A stretch of 64,000 nucleotides of DNA from Hypanus sabinus. Taxonomy: Eukaryota. The position numbers and the translations under genes are program-made. This document shows, in pieces, positions 14,401 through 28,352 of this stretch. Position 1 is the stretch's first letter. Each line of letters starts with the position of its first letter. Location of the stretch: positions 20,274,001 through 20,338,000 of the forward strand of contig NC_082722.1 in NCBI RefSeq assembly GCF_030144855.1. Reading direction: 5' to 3'. The notes under the pieces are model-generated. The model searched no databases and was not told the DNA's origin. It saw only the letters and a list, made by a program, of their open reading frames with translations.

Positions 14401-14759
14401 CTCCTTATAGACGCATCACATCTGCGTAAAATGAATCCTCGTTGCCGTCCTTAAATGCTGGTATTTTATTGTTTGGAAACTGTAGAGCGGCATATGTCAG
14501 CTTTTCATCTCCACCACGTCGAGTCTGTGGAAGTAATTCAATATCGAGTCTTTGTCAATTTTCCAGCAAAAAAAGCGAAGCGATAGATTTTAAGATACAA
14601 TTGCAATGTATGTAATAATTCTCATTTTCAGACAACAGCCATTTAAAACCGTTTGTACTGAAATAGGCAAAAGAGAAACCGCTGTTTCTTTTTTCCTCAC
14701 TGAAGTTTCGTTGCCACGTTTTACATTATTTTATAAGGTTTTATTTTACTCGGAAACTA

Positions 14760-15060
14760 AACTGCTTTCGGACTCGGGCTGCTTACGGAAGTCCGGGAGG
14801 TGGTCTGATCCCTGCACATGCAGCACCCAGGCCCACCGGTGTATGCAGAGGCCCTGGTGCTCATCAGCCAGATCTTCAGCTATGGGTAAATATCCCCATT
14901 GCCGTGGGGCAGCCTCGGGAGAGAAGAAAGCCATGGGTTTACTCCAGGCAGCAAATCCGGGGTCGAGCACCCAATGCGGCTGGAAGTTATTGAACATCAT
15001 TCCGGCAGCTCCTGCAGCCAAGCCGTTGACCAACGTATTGCTTTATCAGTTATCCTTTGG
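14760..15060 (+). mobile_element. GC-rich repeat fragment, possibly an RTE-type LINE 5' region (duplicate ~48315-48625, in the 3' UTR of copy C)
   Basis: gggcagcctcgggagag...aaatccgggg resembles recalled elasmobranch RTE 5' sequence; not verified. Confidence 0.3.
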
Positions 15061-15285
15061 AGTACACTGGTGAGGCCGAGAGGGGGATTTTCACAAATGG
15101 AAGTCTTAGGATTTCCATATCTTTCTCATTGGCTTGTGATAATGATGATCATCAGCGATTGTCTTTCGAGAGAGAAAAAACACCAGCAACCACCAAAATT
15201 TGACCCTTATGTTTTTTTATAGTTTAAGACATATATTGTAATTATTTCTTCCACACACAATGCAGATTATGCATCTCACCCGCGC

Positions 15286-15414
15286 CCAATCCCTTGATTT
15301 TACCTTTGCATAGACAACGTGTTCGTCCTGGTGTCTGACCTTGTGAATTATTTTGTTTTCTTTCACGTTTAGTGTAGCATAGGCAAGGGCATGTTCAACT
15401 GGCGCGAGTCCAGT
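15286..15414 (-). pseudogene. Orphan duplicate of the two-ITIM terminal exon
   Basis: Encodes TGLAPVEHALAYATLNVKENKIIHKVRHQDEHVVYAKVKSRD(W); acceptor AG>TG and stop TAG>TGG; no TM or exon-5 homologue seen between 15.4 and 31.8 kb. Confidence 0.88.
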
Positions 15415-15899
15415 CAGTTACAAAGAAGTAGTTAACACTATGACCAGTCTAATGCAATTCGAATGCCATAAAGAGAAAGTGAGTATGAAAACGTATCCGT
15501 AAATGAGTAAACATGCGGCAAAATAACATTCTAATACCAGTGAATGTTATTGCAATGTATATTATTTCAGAAACGGTACGAAATGTGTTTTCCCCAGTGC
15601 TGAAAGTCCCTATGATCTTTTAAGATTGAAATTGATCCTCGAGCACTAGTTAAAAGCTATTCTATGAGCAGGGTGAGTTTCTCATCTCTCGTCATATTTT
15701 TCCTTCCGCGGTTATCTCCTTTTATCCTTCTTTCCCCAACAGTTTACGAAGGGACAACTGACTCCTTTGTCGTCCTCCGACCCCACAGACTATTGAAGGA
15801 ACGTTTTACCGACCAGTTTGTCACCGGCTCTCATGCACAAGCAGACATATCGATGCTTAGGTCGTAATTGATTATAATATTCCTCTACCAATAAGTTTG

Positions 15900-17080
15900 T
15901 GCAGAGCAAGATGATAAGATATTAGGGAATATGAGAAAACAAGTGTAACAGGGGGAAATGTGTATGGAACCACAGGAGTTAGCAGAGGTACTTAATGAGT
16001 ACTTTGCTTCAGTATTCACTACGGAAAAGGATTTTGGAGATTGTCGAAATGACTTATAGGGGACTGAAAAGCTTCAGCATGCAGATATTAATAAAGAGGA
16101 TGTGCTGGAGCTTTGAGAAAGCATCAAGATGGATATGTCACCGAGGCCGGACGAGATGCACCTTAGGGTACAGAGGGAGGTAAGAGGATACTGCTACACC
16201 TCTGGTGATAATCTTTGCATCAGCAATGGGGGTGGAAGAGGTTCTGTAGGATTGCATGTTTGCTGATCTTGTTCCCGTATTCAAGAAATGCAGGAGAGAT
16301 AGCCCAGGAAATTATAGCCCAGTGAGTCTTACGTCAGTGGTTGATAATTTGATGGAGATGTTCCTGGGAGGCAGAATTAATGAACATTTGGAGAGGAGTA
16401 ATATTATTAGCAATAGTCAGCATGGCTTTGTCAAAGACAAGTCATGCCTTACGTGCCTGATTGAATTCTTTTGAGGATGTGATTAAACACATCGATGAAG
16501 GTAGAACAGTAGATGTAATGTATATGGATCTCAGGAAAGCAATTGACAACGTACCCCATGCAAAGCATACTGAGCAATTAAGGATGCATGTGATCCAAGC
16601 AGATATTGTTTTGTGGATCCAGAACTGGCTGGCCCACAGAAGGCAAAGAGTAGTTGAGGACGGGTCACATTCTGCATATTCGTTGGTGACCAGCGGCTCG
16701 ACTCAGGGATCTGTTCTGGACCCCTACTCTTCCTGATTTTTATAAATGACAGTGATGAAGAAGCGGAGGGATGGGTTAGTAAATTTGCTGATGACACAAA
16801 TGTTGGAAGTGTTTTGGATAGTGTGGAAGGCAGTCACTTGTTATAGCGGGACAATGATAGGATGCAACAATGTGCTGAGAAGTGGCAGATGGAGTTCAAC
16901 TCAGGTAAGTGTAAGATGCATCACTTTAGTAGGTATGTGAGGACAGAATAGAATATTAATAGTAAGACTCTTGTCAGTATGGAGAAACAGAGTGATATTG
17001 GGGTCCTTGTCCATAGGACACTCAAAGCTGCTGCGAAGGTTAACGCTGTGCTTAAGAAAGCATAGGATGTTAGCCTTACA
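15900..17080 (+). mobile_element. CR1 LINE RT fragment, truncated at the duplication breakpoint
   Basis: PGNYSPVSLTSVV, QHGFVKDKSCLT, QGSVL motifs; continues further in copy B. Confidence 0.9.
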
Positions 17081-17089
17081 CACACTAAC

Positions 17090-18110
17090 GAAAGTGGCCA
17101 ATAGGGAAGAAGTCATCTCTCTGACACAGTGGTGTCAAAAAAAAAAATCCCTCAATGTCACAAATTAAAGGAATTGTTGTGGATTACAGAATGAATGGAA
17201 ATCGGTGATCTCCTGTCATCAATGGATATGGGATTCAGAGAGTTAACAGCTTCATGTTTCGCCGCATTCACATCACCGCGTCCGCACGTGGTCTGTATAC
17301 ACCAGCTGTGTGTTCAAAATAGCACATGTTATCATGTTCTACCTTTTATGGTCTTGCACAGTTTTTCAGAATTTGTTCCCTCAGGCTGCATCAGGTTAGA
17401 TCCCCATAATCCAGGCCATGTCATCTTCCCACAGCTATGAATAGGCGGGAGATACAGAGGCCTGACCTCCCACACCACCATGTTCAAAGACACCTACTTC
17501 ACTTCACCATTTGATTCTTGAATTGACCTGCACAACCTTAATTACTGCCACTGTATACCAACCCTATCAACACTTTGATCACTTTGCACTAAAATAAACA
17601 CTCTTGTGAGGACAGAATAGAATATTAATAGTAAGACTCTTGTCAGTATGGAGAAACAGAGTGATATTGGGGTCCTTGTCCATAGGACACTCAAAGCTGC
17701 TGCGAAGGTTAACGCTGTGCTTAAGAAAGCATAGGATGTTAGCCTTACACACACTTTCACTTCAGGCGGTTGAGGAAGTTTAGTATGGACCCCTACGAAC
17801 TTTCTACAGAGGAGCAGTTGAGAGCATCCTGACTACCTGCATCACTTCCTGGATGGGAAATGTATTTACTTGCCTCAATCGCAGGATTCTGCAGAAAGTG
17901 GTGCGCACAGCCCAGCTCATCTGTACCTATGAACTTGACATGATTAAGAACATTTAGAAGCCGGGTGTGAAAAAGGGCCAGAAGGTTCATTGCGGTCTCT
18001 TGTCTCCCCAAATACAATATATTCCAGCTACTAAAATCCGGAAAACAGCGCCGCAGCATAAAAGTCAGGACCAACAGGCCATCAGACGGATTAATTCACC
18101 CGGGCACAAT
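17090..18110 (+). mobile_element. Two Rex1/Babar-like LINE 3' fragments (~17090-17600 and ~17757-18110) separated by a 151-bp CR1 duplicate
   Basis: Degenerate KELxVD / ESILT / LQKVV regions and 3' tails. Confidence 0.6.
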
Positions 18111-18180
18111 TTTATATTAAGCTATATTGACTGTTCTGTTGGATATCTTATTGTACATACTGAAGGCAGGGCGAAGTTAA

Positions 18181-18870
18181 TATGGCGCTAAACGGCGAGT
18201 CATTTGCTTGGATATTCGTAAACAGTTTTATTTTAATCTTTGAAATCTCCTTTCCCCTCTTCAGTGTGGGGATGGTTCTTTTAAAAAACTTGACCTGTAG
18301 TTACACTTTGACTTTGAATCTTTGCGGGAATGGGACCCTCTTTCTAGGCCTCACGACCGGCCGCATTTTGATATCCCAAAGAAATAGCCGAGAAGTCTAG
18401 CGTTCCAACAGGGTTGCAGGATTTTTGTGGCTGCCTGAACATGCTGATTTTAGTTCAGTGTCCTGACAGAAGGTCACAGGAGGACATGGAAGGTCGAAAG
18501 GAGTGGTTTGCTGTCGGGGGTTGTGTGCCCGGAGGGCTGCGCGTTTATGGTGCTGAATCTCCGGGAGCAGAGCTCGGAAAAAAGCGACGCGAAGGAATTT
18601 TAACATCGTCAATCAGCAAGTTGTATATTATGCCTCCCCTCTCGCTCTGAAACAGGGAGGACTCTCTTTCACCTATTAGGGAGAGAGATGCAGTCTGTGG
18701 TGTGTAGAATTATCGAGTGAATGAGTAGTTTATCTGTACTGCACATTCGTATCTTTACTGATGCATCTTTTCTGGTGGGGGTTGAGTGGGGATGGTCATT
18801 GCCTTGCAGCTGCTTGCGTACGGGAAGTGTATTTGGGAGGAGGGTTGGGGATTTAATGTTTTTACTGATA
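18181..18870 (+). repeat. Interspersed repeat, unclassified (possibly a LINE 5' UTR)
   Basis: atggcgctaaacggcgag...gagctcggaaaaaagcgacgc...cccctctcgctctgaaac resembles a common ray repeat from memory; no coding signal. Confidence 0.4.
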
Positions 18871-18879
18871 TTCGTCCAG

Positions 18880-19410
18880 GGGCGCTCCTCAGTTTTCGTG
18901 AATGACTTCAATGAAAAGGAATTTCAGAAGGTATATTGTACCCTTCTCTTGTGCCAAGATAAGTCCATCCTCAGTGTAGTGGACTAACAAGTTATATTGT
19001 GTCAGCGTAGCCTCAAACATGATTGCATAAACATTGATTTTTCCTTCGGGTAAAGAGAATCCCTCCCCACTACCCTCTACATCTCTTCGCCAGTCTGCCA
19101 TTTTATCTCTTCTCACCCGCCTATCACTCACCCCCGCACCACACTCCGTGTCCCCTTCTCCCATATCTCCAATTGCTCATCCTCCTCTCCTCTCCTCACA
19201 ATCTTTCATCTTCAGCCCTTTACCTTTCTGAAGCATCTCACTTCAATTTGCACCTTGTGCGAGCCTCTATGCCCTCGTCCACCTTCCTACTGTGGCGTCT
19301 ATCACCTTCCTGTTCAGTCCTGAAGAAGGGTCCTATCCGGAAACATCCACTGTTCATTCTTTTCCATATTTGCTGCCAGATTTGCTAAGTTCCTTCAGCA
19401 TTTTCTGTCT
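18880..19410 (+). mobile_element. Penelope-like 3' fragment and tail
   Basis: Same motif family as 6930-7410, ending cagtcctgaagaagggtc...tgctgccagatttgctaagttcc. Confidence 0.6.
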
Positions 19411-19725
19411 GTAAATTCAGAGACTGTTGTGCATGAAAATCCCCAGAACATCAGCACAAGCCGCGCTATGTGACACCAACAATCATTCCATGGTCAAAGA
19501 CAGCAGAACCTCTTGACCACATGTATATGTTTCAATGCAGAGATGATGTCATGATTAGCTGATTCGATGTTTGCATTAACAAGCAGTTACATCTGTCACG
19601 TATCCCGTGACCGGGTTAAAGAGCCAGCAGAAATAGAAAACACTTTGGAGTCTGTTATCACTATGAACTAATAATGTTTATTTGTAAACTACGCAATACA
19701 GTAACATAAATGCAAATATATTGAA

Positions 19726-19891
19726 NNNNNNNNNNNNNNNNNNNNNNNNNNNNNNNNNNNNNNNNNNNNNNNNNNNNNNNNNNNNNNNNNNNNNNNNNNN
19801 NNNNNNNNNNNNNNNNNNNNNNNNNNNNNNNNNNNNNNNNNNNNNNNNNNNNNNNNNNNNNNNNNNNNNNNNNNNNNNNNNNNNNNNNNNN
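19726..19891. other. Assembly gap (166 N)
   Basis: Run of N inside an LTR-like sequence. Confidence 1.
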
Positions 19892-20974
19892 CTTTCAAAC
19901 CTCATGGTAAATCGATACAGTCTTGCGATATGATGAAGAAAGTTCAGTTCAGTTCCAGGTAGTTGGTTGATTAACGTTGGAGAGAAAGAGAGAGAGAGGT
20001 GTTGAGAGGTGATACCGTCGACCTTCCCGTTGTCTTCCGAAGTCCTGTTGTCGTCACCGACGATGGCCACGATACGTACGACCGTTCTTCAGTGCTGGAA
20101 TTATTACCCCGGCAAGGGTGGACACACAAATCATCTATATAAGGCCCTGTGGTTTTCAAACTTCTAATTACCGAGCCAATCATCCTTTGGAATGTCCCTG
20201 GCGCATTTTTCATTCTGATAGGGAGAACATAATATTCATATAACCCTTACGGTGTGAAAAATGCTGTAATTTCCCTAGCCCTGTCAGTTAAAGGAACACA
20301 CCAGTATCCTTTGAGCAAGGCAATTTTCGTGATGTACCTAGCCTTTCCCACCCTATCAATGCAATCACCTACTCTCAGCATAGGATATGAATCGGTCTTT
20401 GTGATGGTATTTACTTTCCTGTGATCGGTACAGAATCTTACACTACCGTCCGGTTTCACGCACGGTGACACCCAGTCTGAGGTAGATCGGCTAATGATAC
20501 CGGCAGCTAGTATGTGTTCAATTTATTATTTCACCAATTTGCTTTTCTCTAAATTCTTTCTATAGGGATGTAGCTTAATGGGCTACACTAAATTTACAAC
20601 AATACAATGGACTGCGATCGTGCACTGCCTCCGGACATCTGGACATAAATCCTTATGCCGGTTAATTAACTTTGTCAGCTGCTTTCTCCGTGTAGGCTCC
20701 AAGTGATAGACCTTATTAGCAAAGTCAGTCAAAATAACGGAATTCTCCTGTCTTGTGAACACTAGATTGAACTTATTAAAATGCTCTTGCCCCTCATTAT
20801 CAGATTCCACAACTTCATTTGTTTTCAGGACAACACTAATTGGTGCTATCTCAGAGTCATAATAGGGTTTGAGCATATTTATGTGAACTAATTGACTAGC
20901 TTTTCGTCTCTCAGGAGTTTTGATAACATAGTTCAAAGAGTCAATCTTCTTAATCACCACTTTCAGCTTCTCAC

Positions 20975-23900
20975 CCTGCTCTGCTGTGTAAGAAGCTGAC
21001 AGTGATGCAGTTGGATGCTTCCCTGGTGTCATGGATTATTGATTACCTAACTGACGGAACACAGTATGTGCACTTGCAACACTGTGTGTCAGACAGAGTG
21101 GTCAAGAGCACTGTGACTCTACAGGGTCTGTCCTGTCTCCCTTTCACTGCACCATTTACACCTCGGAATTCATCTACTGCACAGAGTCTTGCCATCTTCA
21201 GAAGTTTTCTGATGACTCTGCCATAGTTGGATGCATCAGCAAGGGAGATGAGGATGAGTACATTGCTGCAGTGGGAAATTTTGTCACATGGTGTGAGCAG
21301 AATCATCTGCAGCTTAATGTGAAGAAGTCCAAGGAGCTGGTGGTGGACCTGAGGAGGGCCAAGGCACCGATAACCCTGTTTCCATGCAAAAGGTCAGTGT
21401 TGAAATGGTGGAGTATTACAAGTACCTGGGGGGACTTCCGGTAGGATGACGATTGTTTAGTCGCTCCAAACTTTTGCTCCGTCTTACTTTCTATCTGAGC
21501 ACTATATGTCGCCCTTTTTAAACCTTAGTTAGTTGTTTTATTAGTTCTCTTTTACCTGCCTGCGAACACATCTATTTCATAATGGCTACCAAAGGTACTA
21601 AAATTGAGTAAAAAGAAATTTCCATGGCTCAGTCGGCTGAGATTCTCACTATTTTGGAACAACATCGACAAGATACTTTAATGGATATTAAAACTGAATT
21701 TAGAACTTCTTTCAACCAGCTGGATTCCATTTGGATCAGATTAATGCCAGAGTGGATGACCATGCTGAACATTTATCTCGCATCGACCTAACTTCTGAAG
21801 ATTTAAAACGCCGTGTTCAACATCTCGAAACTTTCTGTTCCGACCTAGAGGAGAAGAACAATAAACTTACTTCCAAAATGGTGGATCTTGAAAATCGGAG
21901 CAGACGTTGCAATCTACGAATTCTTGGTTGGCTGGAGGCCACCGAAAACGGCTCTTCCGTTGATTTTTTCTCTTCTTTTCTCGGTGAGATTTTCGGGAAA
22001 GAATTTCTTCCAACCCCACCTGAGCTTGAAAGTGCTCACAGGATTTATGTTCCTCGCGCAATTTTGCGTCCCCGTCCACGGCCAGTTATTTTATGCTTTC
22101 GTTGTTACCAGGTGAAAAAGCGTTTGATTATGGAGGTACGCCGCAAAGGTACTTTTGCTTTTCAAAATACGGTCATTCGTTTTGTGGAAGATTATACCTC
22201 CCAGGTTCTGAAGATGCATGCTGAGTTTAAAGCTGTAATGAAAGTGCTTTTTGATCGTGGATTCAGACCTTATCTTCGAAATCCAGCCGAACTTCGAATT
22301 ACGCTTACTACCGGAGATATAAATGATTGAAATCTGTGAAGGAGGCTGATTTGTTTGTTGGAAGTCCTCCAGCCATCTTGTCTTCTTCGGAACCGGTCTG
22401 ACCTTCTAAAATGGTTGATAAGTACTTTTCGAAGTAAAGTTCTTTTTTACGAACTCAAACTTTACTTGAATAACTCAGACGTTAACTATTGAGATTCTAA
22501 GGGCTCTAGTTAATTTTTTACTGGACTCGGTGCGTTTTTCCTTAATAGATGATTTAAGTTTAATGTTTCCCTGCGGACTTTTAGATTTTACTCGTGTAAT
22601 TTATTTTACTTCTGTAAAACTTTATCTATAGAGAACTACAGTTGATCTTAATTAGTTTTGGAGGCTTGGAGTTTTTTGTTTATTGAAGGTCTCCCTGTTG
22701 GTTTATTTATAGTACAAGATTTGTTTTTTTGTCTGTAAACGGCTGATAAGTATTCTCTTTTAATTTATGATTTCGCCCTCCCCCCCCTTTTTATTTTTAT
22801 GTTTCTTTCAATGTTTCATAATTTCTAGCGCGTAGGTTAGTTTTAGTTTTCTTTTCTGATTTTTTTTTTGTATGAAGTTTTATACCTTTTCTGTTGAAGT
22901 TGTTCCTATTTGTAATTCTGCTCGCTAGTGCATAACTTAGCTATTATTTGCTATATTTTATATACGGAAATTTTGTTAACGATACGGAACTGGAAGTCAT
23001 TTTTGGGTTAAATTTTTTTGTAGAGCTTGCTGCTTTTCTGGGTAGCTGTCTAGATTTGGGTTGCGAGGGTGGGGTAAGTTCTCCAGTTCCAACATTACTC
23101 ACTGTTTTTTTTTGTCTTCCCTTGTTATTCAGGACATGTCTCTGTTCTGACTCTACTGATCTATGTTTACATTTTTGCTCCCAGACTGTTATTCTACAGT
23201 TTGATTTTTTTATATGCCTGCTACCTTCTGTGCACTAACAATTGATAATGGTTAATACACATAAATTTGTGAGCTGGAATGTAAAGGGATTGAATCATCC
23301 TGTTAAAAGGATGATTCTCTCATGTTAACCAACCCAAAGCTGACATTGTTTTCCTTCAAGAAACTCATATTCGTAGTTTTGATAATTCTCGGCTTTTGTC
23401 AAAGTGGGTAGGTCAGCATCTTCATTCATCCTTTGCCGCCAAAGCTAGGGGGGTTTCCATCCTTATTAATTCAAATATTCTTCTGAACTCCATAATAAGA
23501 TATGTGATACAAATGGCCGTTTTATTATTGTTTCTGGTAAATTATATAATACTTAAGTTGTACTAGCAAACCTGTATGCTCCCAATTTTGATGATGTAAA
23601 TTTGTTGAAAGTTTATTCTCCTCACTACCAGAGTTAAACTCATATTCTCTTATACTGGGTGGCGATTTTAATTGTTGGTTACATCCTAATTTGGATCGAT
23701 CGTCCTCTGTTTCCTGATTACCTACTAAATCTGCTTTAGCTATTCACTCTTTTCTTTCGAATTATAGTAACTCAGATATATGGCATTTCCTTAATCCTAC
23801 CGAGAGAGATTACTCCTTTTTTTCACATGTTCACCAACCCTTTACTAGAATTGACTATTTTTATTCGATAATCAACTTATTCCATTTGTCCATTCTTGTG

Positions 23901-26900
23901 ACTATCAGAGTATACTGATTTCTTATCATGCCCCAATTACTTTGTCTTTAAATTTTCCTGGTCTCCCGCAGAGGAATAAACACTCGCGTTTTAACTCGAC
24001 TTTATTATCGGATGATGATTTTCTAAAATTTATTTCGGATCAGATAACTTTTTATTTTAACACCAATACATCATCTGAAATGTCATCCCAGATTGTCTGG
24101 GATGCCAAGAAAGCATATTTGAAGGGTCAAAAAATCTCAGATACAACAAATCTTAATAGAAAGTCCCAAATAGATCGATTAGACCTAATCAATCAGATTA
24201 AAGAATTAGATTAATTATATGCACAAACTAAGAATCCTGAAATATACAAGAAGCGTGTAGAACTTCAACCTGAATTTAATCTTCTGTCTACTCAACCTGT
24301 TGAACGCCAAATTCTTGAAAGTAAGAGTCGCTTTTATATTCATGGTGAAAAATCTGGAAAATTTCTAGTTCATCAGCTGAGGCGTTCTAAAGCTAACCAA
24401 CATATTACAAAGATCCGGGAGGAAAATGGGGATTTTACATCGGATCACTTAGAAATCAATGACGTATTTATTTTTTTTTTACTCTCGGCTTTATTCCTCT
24501 GAACCTCTGAATGAGAATGTTTCTTTTGATCTTTTCTTAAATAATCTGAATATTCCTTCACTTTCATCTGATTTAAAGCCAAAATAATGAGCCTATTTCA
24601 TCAGAAGAAATATCTTTTGCAATTTCTGCATTGTCTTCAGGAAAATCTCCTGGACCTGATGGGTTCCCCGTAGAATTTTATAAATTATTTTCTTCACTAC
24701 TTTCTCCTCAGTTACTCTCAGTACTATATGACTCATTTAATTATGGTAAATTGCCACCCACTTTTCATGAGGAATCTATTATTCTTTTATTAAAAATGGT
24801 AAAGACCCAACAGAATGTTCCTCGTACAGGCCAATTTCTTTGCTTAATGTTGATGTTAAGATTTTGGTCGATGATTTGGCTCATAGATTAGAAACTGTTA
24901 TTCCCTCTATTCTTTCTGATGATCAAAGTGGTTTTATTAAAAACCGTCTTCCTTTTTTAATATTCAGCGTTTATTTAACATTTTATATTCACCTTCAACT
25001 GGGATTCCAGAATGTGTTATTTCCCTCGATGCAGAGAAAACTTTTGATCGTATAGAATGGAACTACCTCTTTGCAGTTTTAGAAAAAATTGCCTTTAGTC
25101 AAAGTTTTATCTCTTGGATCAAATTGCTGTACCTGTGTCCCACTGCCTCTGTTTTGACTAATTTTCAATAATCCCAGTTATTTAACCTCAAACGTGGCAC
25201 CCGTCAAGGATGCCCTTTAAGTTCCTTTCTCTTTGATTTGGCTATAGAACCTCTGGCGATAGCATTCCGAAGCTGTCCTGAACTGACCGAGATCCGGAGG
25301 GGGTGGGGGGTGGTTAAGCATAAAGTTTTTCTTTATGTTGACGACTTATTACTTTTTCTTTCAAATCCATCCACATCCTTACCTCCAATGCTTTCACTTC
25401 TTGATCAGTTTAGCCAGTTTTCTGGCTATAAACTTAATTTACATAAGAGTGAACTTTTCCCAATAAAGAAGCACAAGAATTAGCATTTCGTGACCTCCCG
25501 TTTAAAGTAGTCCATAAACAAATTAATTACCTTGAGATTACAGTTACAAGGAAGTTTAAAGATCTTCATCGTGAAAATTTTGCCAATCTTTTATATACTG
25601 CAAAGCAGACTCTGTCACAATGATCACCTCTATCTGTGTCATTGGTAGGTCGTATTAATGTTGTTAAAATGTATGTTCTCCCTATTTTTTTATATTTATT
25701 TCAATCAATCAATCCCAATTTTTATTCCTAAAACCATTTTTGATTCTATGGACTCTATTATTTTGTCATATCTGTGGAAGAATAAGTGATCTAGAATTGA
25801 TAAAGTTTATCTTTAAAAATCTAAAAAAGAGGGTGGCATGGCCTTACCTAACTTTCGTTTATATTATTGGGCAGCTAACATACGTTGAACTGCCTTTTGG
25901 TCTTTTTTTCATAGCCAACCTGACTGCCCTAATTGGGTGTCAATGGAGTTGAGTTCCACTAAAGATTTATCTATTTCTGCATTTCTTGGCTCTGTACTCC
26001 CTAGTAGTTTGTATAGACTAATTGTTAATCCTCTTGTTAGACACACTTTGCGAATATGGGCTCAGTTTAGGACATCTTATGGTTTTTATGATTTTTCCCT
26101 TTCAAGTCCTATCTTACATAATCACCTTTTTTACCTACTATGTATGATTCAACGTTCTATTATTGGTATAGGAAGGGCATTAGACATTTTGAAGATCTTT
26201 TTATCGATAATCGCTTCGCATCTTTTCAACAGCTGTTTGCTAAGGTCAATCTGCCTAATCCCCATTTTTTTGATATCTCCAAATTAGATACTTTATTAAT
26301 CCTTTAATACCTAACTTCCCTGAACAGCCCGTGAAAAATGTTATGGATTTATTTTTTTCTATTAATCCATTGGGTAAAGGTTTAATATCATTTATTCGTG
26401 ACAAATTAGCATTCTTACGGCGTGCCCCTGTAGATAAAATTAGAATGGTTTGAGAGCATGATTTAAATATCTCTTTATCTGATGAGATTTGGGACTCGAT
26501 TCTCAAATCGATTAATTCAACCTCTCTTTGTGCTCGCCATTGTCTTTTACAGTTTAAGATTGTTCATAGAGCCCATATGTCTAAATCTAAATTATCTCGA
26601 TTTTAACCTATTATTAGTCCTCTTTGTGATAAATAAAAAAGGAGCGAGGCTTCTCTTATTCATATATATTGGCCCTGTCCTGGTTTAGAGAAATTTTGGA
26701 AAGAAGTTTTTATAACTGTATCCAGTATTCTGAATCACCACTTCGAACCTAACCCTTTAACTGCTCTGTTTTTTTTTTGAGTGAGACAGATACACATTTG
26801 AGTTCGACTAAGTGTCGAATATTAACTTTTGCTTCTCTCCTGGCTGGACGTTCAATCCTCCTCAGATGGAGAGATGTTGCCCCACCCACGCATGCTCAAT

Positions 26901-28030
26901 GGCTTAATGATATTATGTCCTGCTTAGACCTTGAAAACAAACATTATTCAATTATTAATTCGGATATACATTTTCATAAGGTCTGGGGAACATTTATTGA
27001 GTACTTTCATATCATTCTTCTTAATTAAGGTTTTTTTTTCAGTCCCTTACTTTCAGCTCTATTTTTTTTGGTAACAGCCATTATTATCTTCTGTTTTCAA
27101 ATGTATTTACAGTTTTGGGGATTTGATTGTCCTCATTTATATTCGCTTTATTGTATTGTGGCTGATCTGGAGGTTTTTTTTTGCTGTGGGGCTTGGGGAG
27201 GATGCAAACTTTACATGACTTCAATTTGGGTGCTTTCTCAATTATCTTTTTGTATTATATTATTATTGTATGTTTATTTTTGCACTGTATTTTTTATTTC
27301 GGTTTGGGTTTTTTTTCTTATCAGTAGTGTTGTAGAAAATACAAAAAAACAATAAAAAAAGTACTTGGGGATACGAATTGACAAGAAACTGGACTGGTCA
27401 AAGAACATCGAGGCTGTCTACAAGAATGTTCAAAGCCGTCCCTATTTCCTGAGGAGACTGAGGTCCTTTCACATCTGACGGACGATGCTGCGGATGTTCT
27501 ACGAGTCTGTATTTGCCAGTGCTATCATGTTTGCTGTTGTGTGCTGGGGAAGCAGGCTGGGGGTATCACCCACCACCAGAATTAACAAACTCATTTGCAA
27601 GGCCAGTGATGTTGTGGGGTGGAACTGGACTCTCTGACGGTGGTGTCTGAAAAGAGGATGTTGTCTAAGTTGCATGCCATCTTGGACAATGTCTCCCATC
27701 TGCTCCATAATGTACTGGTTAGGCACAGGAGTGCATTTAGCCAGTGACACATTCCACCGAGATGCAACACTGAGCGTCCTAGGAAGTCATTCCTGTCGGT
27801 GGCCATCAAACTTTACAACTCCTCCCTCGGAGTGTCAGACACTCTGAGCCAATAGGCTGGTCCTGGACTTATGTCCACTTGGCATAACTTACTTATTATT
27901 ATTTAATTATTTCTGGTTATATTTTGCTATGTTTCTACTCTGTTCTTGAATGGTGCAACTATAACGAAACCCAATTTCGCTCGGGATCTATGAAGTATGT
28001 CTGTCTGTCTATCTGTCTGTCAGTCTGTAT
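20975..28030 (+). mobile_element. 5'-truncated Rex1/Babar LINE (20975-21431 + 27359-28030) with microsatellite tail
   Basis: LVSWIIDYLT, LQKFSDD-like, YKYLG|IRIDKKLDW continuous across the L1 insertion; ends in a (ctgt/ctat)n tail at ~27995-28030. Confidence 0.85.
21432..27358 (+). mobile_element. Full-length but inactivated L1 LINE (ORF1 ~21581-22330, ORF2 ~23248-27028)
   Basis: ORF1 DLENRSRRCNLRILG; ORF2 FVSWNVKGLN endonuclease, SGKSPGPDGFPVEFYK, YVDD; A-rich tail; TSD aagtacctgggg (21420-21431) / aagtacttgggg (27359-27370); many frameshifts and stops. Confidence 0.95.
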
Positions 28031-28352
28031 GGACCCTGGATTCTCGCTTGGAGGGCGTTGGTCACTAAGGGAAACAAAACCAGGTCCTGATCAGCAACTT
28101 CGGCATCTGTTCTGATGCTCTTATATCATTCCAATAGTTCATTTTGACTTGGGAGTCTTGTAAATTTTTCCTTGACACGTCGTATACCTTACTAAGCCTC
28201 TCGCGGAATTTCAGAACATAGTCTATCACACTGACACGCATCGTCAGTTTAGACCACTGCTCTCTGAGTAAGCTCAGAGTTCCCTCGGGCCTATCTCCGC
28301 AAATGAGCCCAAATGGGTTAAACCCCAGTGATTCCTGAATACTGTCCCTCAC

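Larger units (their letters stand above)
41..17080 (+). repeat. Segmental duplication, copy A
   Basis: Collinear with 31781-50690 (e.g. 61-120 vs 31801-31860, 55/60 identical); same order of Gypsy, CR1, Penelope and unique blocks. Confidence 0.95.
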
